Shown: positions 11,030-21,129 of the stretch, piece after piece | Numbering within the stretch: the first letter of the stretch is position 1 | Layout: each line of letters opens with the position of its first letter | Source of the DNA: Selaginella moellendorffii | Lineage: Eukaryota; Plantae; Lycopodiophyta | Direction of reading: 5' to 3' | NCBI RefSeq assembly: GCF_000143415.4 | Contig: NW_003314277.1 | Span: 679,878-743,877 of the forward strand | Length of the DNA: 64,000 nt | The notes under the pieces: model-generated | The model's input: only the letters and a program-made list of their open reading frames with translations | Database searches by the model: none | Told to the model about the DNA's origin: nothing | Made by a program: the position numbers and the translations under genes

Positions 11030-14000
11030 CAAATCTAAAAATAATATTACAGTTGAGAAGAAATGGAAAGAGAGGAATGCACCACTATGTATTTGGAGAT
11101 AGTGAACTCTCAAGAGCATTAACATTTGATAACGTTGATGAAAAGAATTTACCAGATTGCATGAAAGAGGGATTCAATTAAGAAGTTTGAAGTGGATTGC
11201 TTATTTGATAAATTCATGGGGATTCCTAACATGCCACAACATGATAGATATGCAATTTACACAAATACAAGAGCTTGTAAATCTTTTCTCTTGATGCTCA
11301 TAAAGCCTATTATCAAGTTCTTAGAAAGGAGCTCCTCAATGGCCATATATTTAGATGGGAATGTTGCAAAGGTAGTAGTTGCAATGATAGTTGTAGGTGA
11401 TCATCTAGAGGTGGACTGCTTACCTTATATCCCATTTCTTAGTGTCACTTGGGATGGTTCAAACTTGAGTTGAGCTCAATTCAGCTCAAGTCAATCCTAG
11501 TCAACATAGTCAACTATAAGTCTTATAAGGAAATGTCATGTTAGAAAAAATATTCTTTGGTGAGCTTGAAATTCATGAACTTAATTGTTAATGGTTTGAA
11601 ATTTTTATTTTTTGAATATTTCTAATGCAATCTATACAATAAAATAATGATTGAGTAGTTTTTTGTATTAGAAGTTTGTCCAAACCCATAGAATATTAAA
11701 TTCACAGTGCTATTGGCTATTCTCCATGGAATAGAAAATAGAATATTAAATTAAATAATGATCCATATCAATGATCCATTGAGGTTTTCATGTGCTATAT
11801 ATAGCAGATGAATCATTGGATCATTGAAAATACAAGCATTAATCTATATAGCACATGAAAACCTCCAATAGATGCATGATCCTTCATCGTGGGAGATGAA
11901 TGGATCCATTGATCCATCAAACCTCAATGGATCCTTCATGTGCTATTTATAGCACATGAATCATTAAATTAAATATGATTAGATAGAATATTAAATTAAT
12001 AGAATATATATGTGAAACAGGAATCTAAAATTTCTATTGTACATTTTTACATTTTGACATTTCAACAATTGACCAGAAATATATAAATAATTCAAAATAT
12101 TAATTCACTCCTTCATTCTTTAGGGTTTTTCAAAGAGAAGCAAGGAAGACAAAAAATTAGTGAGTAGTTCTAGCATACAGAAATATGAGAATGTTAATTA
12201 TGTTTCACTACCACAATTTTCATATTACACTTTTAATCTTTATTACTCATCCGGGAATATGAAGACCACTGTCACTATTGATAAAAATGCTCTTGTTTCT
12301 TCCAAAATAATAGTCCAGAGTAAGAGAAAAGAAAAAATGGATAGTACAGCAAAAACCACTAACAAATCCACTTCATAAAGCTTTCCATAGCTTTTATAAT
12401 CCACTAAAATATTATAAAAGAAAGTAAGTTTTTTATATATATCATATTCCTCTTGATATGCTATATCTTTGCAAGTAAACATATGTAGTATATATGATGT
12501 TGACAAATCAAAAAGTCAAATCTATTTATGTTTTGAATATTGAAAGGTAATCTTGCAAAAATGCATGTTTGCATGCCTACATGTGTTTGCTATTATTATA
12601 TATGGCAGGCTATCTATATAAATTAAGACTACATATTAATTATATATTAGTTTTTAGCTTTTGGAACCCTATAGGCACTTGTCTATAATGGTAAGTTGTA
12701 ATTACCAAGATTAATATATGTCATGTCATAATAAAATGTCTTTCCTTAGATTGAAATATAGTATATTAATAAGAGAATTCTTATTTTTAGAGAATTTAAT
12801 TCTTCTTGTGTGTTGCAATGGTTTGGAAAAAGTTTATTTTTGGTTCTAAAGGCCTCTCATGAGTCTCCACCTCCATCTCTAAACTCAATTAATAATCCAT
12901 CTTCACCTCTATGTAACAATTATCCTCTTCATTTTAAGAGGTGTTGTGAAGCTTTTCCATTTGTGATCTTGAGTGCAACTAAACAAAAATTCCCTTTTCA
13001 TGATGTTGTTGAAAGAGTTAGATTGCCTCCAATGCTCCAAAAATGATGTTTTCTTTAAGATCTTGCTCTAGATATGGTAGGAGTACTTGATATAGATATA
13101 TTATCTTTAGTGTTTTATATATTACTTTTATTTAAACAAGACAGATAATTGTATGGGTTTGGTAAATTTTCTTGAGCACTATCGCAAATGCCCAAAAATG
13201 GGTTTGGAAGGTTTGCATGAGTGGATGTATAAGAAAATCAAGAAAGAATTAAAGACATACAATTTATATAATGTCATGGTGAAAAACAATATTCGATTGG
13301 TGAACACTACATTAGTGAGTGCTGAATATAAAATATTTAGGCCACCCTTTAATGTAATATGAAAGTCATGCATAGTTTTTTCAAAAGTTTAGTTCATTAT
13401 TAGTAAAGTAGAGAATTTTATATTTTCAAGAATGATAATATTCTAGTATATATAAAGACATTATTATATATACAAGTGGTTCTAACACTATTATAATTAT
13501 AAAGTCCCATTTTCAAGACAGAAAATCTAAATTTTCAAGAACCCCTAGATCTTTTTTTAGTACGACAAGGGATGTTTTCTTTCAGTTTGTTTAAAGTGTA
13601 AAAATGGCTAGGGAAAATGTTATTGCTATTTGCATTTAACCCCCATGCATTTCATATGAATCTCCAACTCCATTTTTAACTTCTACCAATATTCCACCTT
13701 TCCCTCCACACAACAATCATTGTGAGGCTCTTCCTTTTGTAATCTCAAGTGTGACTGAATAAAAGATCTCTTTTCCAGATAATATTTTAGATATTGCTAC
13801 TAAAGATGAATTGTTTTATGTGCTTCAAGAATAATGTCAAATGTTTTTTCAAGATCTTGCTCCAGATATAGTTAAAACTCTTGAAAGAATGAGCATATAT
13901 TATCTTTAGTATCCTATATGCTACATTTATTTGGATAAAACAGAAGGTTATATAAGTTTAGAAACTTTTCTAGAACACTGCCATAACTGCCCAAAAATCA

Positions 14001-14530
14001 GAGTCTTTTCTCTTGATGCTTATAAAACCTATTATCAAGTTCTTAAAAAAGAGCTCCTTAATAGCCATATATCTAGATGGGAAGGTTGCAAAGGTAGCAG
14101 TTATAGTGGTAGTTGCATGTGATCATCCGGAGGTGGACTACTTTCCTTGTATCCAGTTTCTTGGTGTGATTGTGAAGCTTGAGTATCCAGTTGATCCAGC
14201 CTGCTATTGGTGGCAACTTTCTTTACATTGTTTGATTTCAACATATAAACTTTTAGCTTATTATTTGCACACAACAATGGGAAGCAACTCAAAAAAATTC
14301 CTGTGATACTAGGAGGTTGACCATCTAGCCAAGCATGGATTTAATCATTTACAACAATAGTTTGGATTGATACATTTCAGTGGTGTTAATCACACTTTGG
14401 ATGAAAAACCATGCTCGACCATGGTTTCGTTTAGTGAATGTAATAAGAAGAGTGGGACACCATGTGCTAGAGGATTTTGTAGTAAAGACTTAACTACCAA
14501 CTTTAATTTTTTTCATATAGACAAAGACTT
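11030..14530 (+). other. Unclassified degenerate repeated coding-like fragments
   Basis: 11270-11445 is homologous to 14000-14170, and 12880-13200 is homologous to 13690-14000. Broken frames and no confident family assignment. Confidence 0.4.
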
Positions 14531-14542
14531 CCATGCTGAAAA

Positions 14543-16171
14543 TCAGGACGACGTCCATGGAACCGTCATCACATACTGATGGACCCTGTCCATCCCAGCA
14601 ACAGCCCTCTGATACATTGATCCATCATCTTTCTTGAAGCCCTGGTACGTGTATCCCTCAAAACTAGACTCCGGAACAACGAAGATGAGTTTGTACTTGT
14701 TGGGACGCATGAGCTCGAGCTCATCATGCAACTCATCCAACCCCTGAGCGACCTCGTGGATCTTGGACCAATAGACCGGATGCGTGTCCGACGTTGTAAC
14801 CTGGAGAATTATGTCCGGAGTGACCAGCGAATCGAAAGATTTCTGGTTTGACGCATAAGGCTCCACAAAGCAACTGTCAGGTAAGCCTGCAAGGCCCCGT
14901 GATTCCTCCGTCCCCGCACGATGAGCGTCCACAGGACTCACGTCCTTGGAGTATATGTTGAAACCAGACCCCACGCAGCGCTTCTTTACGAACACTTTCC
15001 ACTCGCGCAGCCGCTTCACTGACGTTGGCCTCAGAACGAAGCGTTCAACGCCGTCGTCTTCCTCTTCCAAGGACCGAAGGTCAAACTGGGAACCTCCACT
15101 AGCAAGTACCTTGTGGACGTGCTTCTCGTACATTTTGCCCGCCAAAGAGTTTGCAACCGCATGTCCCTGGCAAAAGTCAAAGAAGTCACGCGAAGCCTGA
15201 AACCCCTGCTCCTCGAACTTTTCAAAAGCCAACTTCTGGATGTAGTCCGAGCCAAACACCAAGTGAGCGTGCAGCACCCGGTAACACGCAGGTGTGTTCA
15301 AGTCGAATCTGTCAGTCGTAAGACGGTAGTGGAGCAGAATATCAGAAACATTAGAGACCTTGTCCGAGTTCATTGCGCAGTCAAGCACTTTCCGCCAGCA
15401 TTCCACCCTTGACGCTGCTTGGTGCACCTCCGCTTTGAGCCCGGCCAACGAGAACTTCTCCGTGTTGAAGAGAAGCCTTGGTAGCCCACCACAGTGGTAA
15501 AAGCGGAGACCAATTTCCTCGTCTGTCATTCCCAGCTCAAGCTCCTCGTTGCACTGCTGCACCTCCTCGAGCGACCAGGCTTCCAGGCGGCATATATAGC
15601 CATGGTCCTTGGAGAACTCGTAGTAGCCAGTGCGATCCGGTGAGACGCATTGGATGAGAGGCCCCAGGTGACTTATTCCCCTCGAGCCCCCGTCGACGAT
15701 GAGCCAGACACTCGTCATGTCCCACCCCCGCGGTCGTGTATACCATTTCGATTGCAGCACTAGAGGGTCATCCAGCGAGAAGTCGAAGAAAAAGAAGTCT
15801 GGATTGTCATCTTTCGTCCTCCAAACTACTTTCTGTCCTTCCTGAGCTCTACTGTGAAAGAAGTAGTGGCCATAGAACGTCTTGCCGATACCTGGCGTTG
15901 AGACAATGTGGAAGTTCTTCAACCCTTTCCTCTCATTCACGACCCTGCTCCACTTCTCCGCAATGAACTGATCCATGAAAAGGTAGTTTGGATGGACCCA
16001 GAGCTTGGACAGGTTGTAATGGCCCAAGAACCCAGACGGGATGTGGAGGCAGCGGTCCTGGAGCCTGGCATGCTTTACCTCCCGGCCGTAGGCAGCGAGA
16101 AGAGGATCTGACACACAGAACTTGTTAGAGATGATTCGTCGCGCCTAAACCATACCGAGCTCTTCGCCCAT
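14543..16171 (-). CDS. Crinkler/RHS-type (CR) P-loop NTPase + REase-fold protein, copy 1; exons 16171-16156 and 16107-14543
   Basis: 523-aa ORF with Walker A HIVSTPGIGKT, Walker B WLIVDG, VSP, WSLEE, GGLPR, then GKMYE..H, P..SNQKSFDS, LQVT.S..HP, LIFVVP and QYVM. An upstream ATG exon (MGEEL) splices in frame through a 48-nt GT-AG intron (16155-16108). Confidence 0.85.
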
Positions 16172-16364
16172 CTCGCTGTCGCCCAAAACCTAGAAAGCAG
16201 AGCGGAAAATTGATATAAAGAATAGAATGCCCTCCTAGGGCAAGGGATAAAAGGTATATTCTTTCTTTAAGAATATTCTTTGTTTTGTGCTCTTTTAATG
16301 GGGTGTTTATCTTAATCTATTTTTGTAAAACTAATATTTTTTAATCACGAGCTTATTTATATAC

Positions 16365-16960
16365 TGTGGCTGGTCTGATGTCGCTTGCTCTGCCTCCCCG
16401 GATGCATCGCCATGGATCTGGCAAGATCCCAGCAGTAGCATCACTCGTGATCGCGGGCTCAATCGGCATATCGCGCACCAGCTCCTCGCGCGGCTGAATA
16501 GATCTCCGTAGTAGAGCAGCGCTGGATCGCTGCCGTGATAGTTCGCCATGCCCACGAAGTATCCTCCAAGAGCCCGGCGTGGCGGCACGCCGAGAGGATG
16601 TTCACGAGATGCACCGCCTGGAAGAGGTCTCTTGCGCGGATCCAATCCCCGTGCTGCGTAAAGGAGATGACGATCGAGTTCCAGGCGATAGTGTCGCGAT
16701 GGGGGAGATCCAAGAACACGGCATGGTGCGAGTAGCGAATTCGTTACCTGGATACGATCGTGGACGCCGCTGGCGATCGCCCTGGCGTGGAGGATCCGGC
16801 CATCGGCGAGGCGCGAGCTGGATTCCATCGTGCCCGGTCTGGGCAGTGCTGTGAGGATGCTGCCCCTGGAGATCACGTTCCGGTGGATCATCCTGTGGAA
16901 GATCTCCAGCGCTCGCTCGATCCGGCCGCTCTTGGCGTGCAGGCCGCAAGACGCGCCTCG
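16365..16960 (-). pseudogene. PLS/E-class pentatricopeptide repeat (PPR) pseudogene fragment
   Basis: Across frames: HAKSGRIERALEIFHRMIHRNVIS, LADGRILHARA, FLDLPHRDTIAWNSIV..FTQHG, VNILSACRHAGLL and LLGSCQIHGD. Frameshifted and partly deleted. Confidence 0.85.
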
Positions 16961-17458
16961 AGGTTGCGTGGGCAATGCGAGGGATCGCTGGCGAGCGCGT
17001 CCATGATCGTCATCATCGAGGCGGCACTGCTGAAACTCTTCCTTTTTGTTCTTAAGCATGGATGCAAGGCTCTTTTCTCGATCCCAGAGAATTGCAAGCA
17101 GCTATTGCCGCCGGGAAAGCTCCGACTTTGATTGCTTTCTATGCGGATCATCACGTCGTCCCCGGACTCTCCGAGCAATAAAAAGGCCATGGTGCTCCTT
17201 CAGGAGCTCTGTCTTGTTACCTTTCACTTGAGCGAGTTTTTGGTTTTGATTTTCGCTTATGTGCAAAGAGGTGACTTAAACGATCATGAACAGCGAGAAT
17301 TAGGCTTTCCATGCCAATGGAGCTGGAAAAGTGGTGAGCAAATTTCGGAGTAGCAAATCTTCTTCTAAAATCATCCTTGAGAACTTGTTGCTCGCTCTCG
17401 CTGCTCGTCCTTGTATCCTACTTTTTTAGTTATAGGAAGAGAAAATCGTGTTTTTCAG

Positions 17459-17554
17459 GGTAACGCCATGCTGTAATCCTCGGATTGCGGAAAGCAGCTG
17501 CGAACATTGCTGGCGGAACTCATCACGCATTTCCTGAGCACGGCGAGGAATTTC
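17459..17554 (+). pseudogene. Isolated histone deacetylase-family exon fragment
   Basis: AANIAGGTHHAFPEHGEEF resembles the HDAC GG.HHA...G.GFC motif. It is flanked by a TTTCAG acceptor and a GTAAGT donor. Confidence 0.65.
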
Positions 17555-17949
17555 GTAAGTTGTTTCTCTTCATTTTTGTTCTCTTTTCTTGCCGTGTGAT
17601 GGAGAAAACATATGTAATAATGATGGATTCTCCAGAGGTCTCAAGGCTAGGGTTTTCTCCAGCGGTCTTTGTGTAGAGTGGCTAAGTTTGCTTGTGGAAG
17701 CGTGACTCTCGACTCATACATATCCAACTTCTTCTCAGGCAATTCATCCCTGAAAAGGATTTCTATCACGAAGTTGCGGTATCACATCTATCATAAGCTT
17801 CATGGGACACAAAATCTCCTTACTTTTCTTTTCTTCAACCTATCTTGGAACTTCAAGAACGTTCGGCTTGTCCTCGGTTTTGACACTACAGGGATACACA
17901 ACAGGCATGGAGCAGCTTTCCGAGCATTAGAGCGGGCTCTGCAAGTTTA

Positions 17950-18230
17950 GAACACACATCCACAGTGATTTGACGAACGGGTAGCTATCAAGCCTGACGC
18001 CTTCGAGCAGCATGGTGCAAAAGAAACGAAGAGCTTCCAGGCACTGTTGGTTCAACGAGTGCATCGCGTTCCAGTGCTCCATCTCGTCAAAGACGGCGCT
18101 CACGCTCCCGCGTCTCCCATACATGTTGACACGTCTGCAGCGGAGCTCCCGAGCTTGGTCGAGAGTGTCCGGCTGGTCGCAAGCTTCAACAATTTGCTGC
18201 AGCGCAATCCAGACGGACTCCGAGAGCATC
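17950..18230 (-). pseudogene. PPR fragment
   Basis: VNMYGRRGSV.AVFDEM..WNAM...EALRFFCTMLLEGVRLD, a collapsed PLS-type repeat. Confidence 0.75.
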
Positions 18231-18314
18231 TAGAGACTAAACCACGCCCAAGGTTTAGCAAAGCAGATAATAAATATCAAACCACACCGCAAATTATTTC
18301 TTTGATGCTGAAAA

Positions 18315-19900
18315 TCAGGACGAAGTCCATGGAACCGTCATCACATACTGATGAACCCTGTCCATCCCGGCAACATCTCTCTGATGCATCGATCCATCGT
18401 CTTTCTTGAAGCCCTGATACGTGTATCCCTGAAAGCTAGGCTCGGGAACGACATAGATGAGCCTGTACTGCTTGGGACGCACCAGCTTGAGCTTGTCATG
18501 CAACGCATCCAACCCCTGAACAAGCTCGTGGATCTGGGACCAATAGACCGGATGCGTGGCTGACGTTGTAACCTGGAGAATTATGTCCGGAGTGACCAGC
18601 GAATCGAAAGATTTCTGGTTTGACGCATAAGGCTCCACGAAGCAACTGTCAGGTAAGCCTGCAAGGCCCCGTGATTCCTCCGTCCCCGCACGATAAGCGT
18701 CCACAGGACTCACGTCCTTGGCGTATACGTTGAAACCAGACCCCACGCAGCGCTTCTTTACGAACACTTTCCACTCGCGCAGCCGCTTCACTGACGTTGG
18801 CCTCAGAACGAAGCGTTCAACGCCGTCGTCTTCCTCTTCCAAGGACCGAAGATCAAACTGGGAACCTCCACTAGCAAGTACCTTGTGGACGTGCTTCTCG
18901 TACATTTTGCCCGCCAAGGTGTTTGTAACCGGATATCCTCGGCATAAGTCGAAAAAGTCACGGAAAGCCTGAAACCCCTGCTCCTCAAACCTTTCAAAAG
19001 CAAGCTTCTGAATGCAGTCCGAGCCAAACACCAAGTGAGCGTGCAGCACCCGGTAACACGCAGGTGTGTTCGAGTCGAACCTGTCAGTAAGACGGTAGTG
19101 GAGCAGAATATCAGAAACAGTGGGGTCCTTGTCCCGAGTGAGTGTGCAGTGGAGCACTTTTCTCNNNNNNNNNNNNNNNNNNNNNNNNNNNNNNNNNNNN
19201 NNNNNNNNNNNNNNNNNNNNNNNNNNNNNNNNNNNNNNNNNNNNNNNNNNNNNNNNNNNNNNNNATTCCAGCTCAGCTCCTGGTTGCACTGCTGCAGTTC
19301 CTCGAGAGACCAGGCTCCCAGGCGGCATATATAGCCATGGTCCTTGGAGAACTCGTGGTAGCCAGTGCGATCCGGCGAGACGCACTGGATGAGAGGCCCC
19401 AGGTGACTTATTCCCCTCGAGCCCCCGTCGACGATGAGCCAGACGCTCGTCATGTCCCACCCCCGCGGTCGAGTATACCATTTCGATTGCAGCACCAGAG
19501 GATCGTCCAGCGAGAAGTCGAAGAAAAAGTACTCTGGATCTTCGGTCCTCCACACTACTTTCTGTCCTTCCTGAGCTCTACTGTGAAAGAAGTAGTGGCC
19601 ATAGAACGTCTTGCCAATACCTGGCGTTGAAACGATGTGGAAGTTCTTCAACCCTTTCCTCTCATTCACGACCCTGCTCCACTTCTCCGCAATGAACTGA
19701 TCCATGAAAAGGTAGTTTGGATGGACCCAGAGCTTGGACAGGTTGTAACGGCCCAAGAAGCCAGACGGGATGTGGAGGCAGCGGTCCTGGAGCCTGGCAT
19801 GCTTTACCTCCCGGCCGTAGGCAGCGAGAAAAGGATCTGACACACAGAAACTGTTAGAGATAATTCGTGACGCCTAGATCATACCGAGCTCCTCGCTCAT
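18315..19900 (-). CDS. CR NTPase + REase-fold protein, copy 2; exons 19900-19885 and 19836-18315; spans an N gap
   Basis: Same motifs as copy 1, first exon MSEEL and 48-nt intron 19884-19837. The apparent frameshift coincides with the 100-N gap (19165-19264) and its edges. Confidence 0.8.
19165..19264. other. Assembly gap (100 N)
   Basis: Run of N. The paralogs indicate that roughly 130 bp is missing. Confidence 0.99.
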
Positions 19901-20480
19901 CTCGCTGTCGCCCAAAACCCTAGCACGGTGTAGCGGTCTAAGAAAAAATAAGCTATAGTAAGTTTCTCAAAGAATAAAAACATTCCTCGCAAAAAAAAAA
20001 AGAAAAGAATCCCTCTAGACGAATTTCTTGCGTGGAAGAAGCCCAGATCGCACACATCCTTCTGGCGTGACGCCTAACCCTAGATTGCGAGAAAACAGGG
20101 ATGGCCCGGCTCGTCACGATATCTCAATCAGAGGATGATATCATGCAAGAAGATTGGCCTCTGAGGCACAAGAATGCACTACAAACCACCCCCCCGACCC
20201 CCTTGCCACGTCATCACTGTCCGTTCTCCTCGTGTCAAGCCTCGTGTCAAGTATTGACTATGCCACTATGCCACTTCTTTTCAAAGGTTCTGTTTAACAA
20301 TGTACTCCACAACTCAAGTTATTAACGCATTTCCAAATTACTTCCATTCTAGATGACACCAACAATGAGCAGCACTGTTCCATGCTATATAGAAGTCACT
20401 AGCAATTTCTTGACTCTGTAATCTCAACTTCCCTCACTCCAACAGCAATTTAGCATGCCCTTTTATTCCTTTTGAAAGCT
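19901..20480 (-). promoter_or_regulatory. Upstream region of CR copy 2, homologous (inverted) to 62240-62769; includes telo-box AAACCCTA at 19915-19922
   Basis: Blocks such as GCTCGTCAC.A.ATCTCAATCAGAGGATGATATCATGCAA and AGAAGTCACTAGCAATTTCTTGAC match the reverse complement of the region upstream of copy 3. Confidence 0.75.
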
Positions 20481-21129
20481 GATTCAAAGTTCAAGAAAAG
20501 TTTTGAATTTTAAAAGTAAAGTTTTTATTTGATATAACTTTAAATTGGGAAATAGTTAAAGGAGCCATTTGTGGCCAAAACTTCTTTATATGCTACATAG
20601 TGTACTAATACAATATGAAGGACAATTTGTTTCAGCAATATCACTAAGTCTATTTGCTAATTTTGCAAAAATGTAAAAAGAGACATCTTTAATGGAGATC
20701 TTCTAAATACCTTGTTACAAGCTTATTTGCTGTAATGTATATAGTTTTCACCTTTTACATTGATGTTAGAGGTAGAAACAACATTATTCAGAACACTTTT
20801 TACATTCTATTGATATGATAACTTGTAAATTTAGACACTTTCCATAAATAACACAGAATTAAAATGGGACCAATATATAAGGCATGATAGTGAGGGTTTT
20901 ACAGACATAATAAGATATCATGTTAGCAATATTGAGGAAATAATACCTAATATATAAGATTTTTTGTCAAACTAATGCAAGACAGTAAAAAAAAACTAAT
21001 AAATTGGGCTAAGTATACTTGATTAAATAAATGTTGTGAATGTGATTACGGGTATCAAAAGTTATTTATTAGTGAGTTATTTTAAATATTCTTTCTTTAC
21101 TGCTATGATGGCAGAAAATTAGTATTGTT

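Noticed and set aside
14946-16111. Antisense and alternate-frame ORFs over the CR genes (also at copies 2 and 3)
   Set aside because: Shadow ORFs of GC-rich coding sequence with no independent motifs.
19140-19290. Frameshift suggesting CR copy 2 is a pseudogene
   Set aside because: It coincides with a fixed-length 100-N gap and probable low-quality gap-edge bases, so it cannot be judged.
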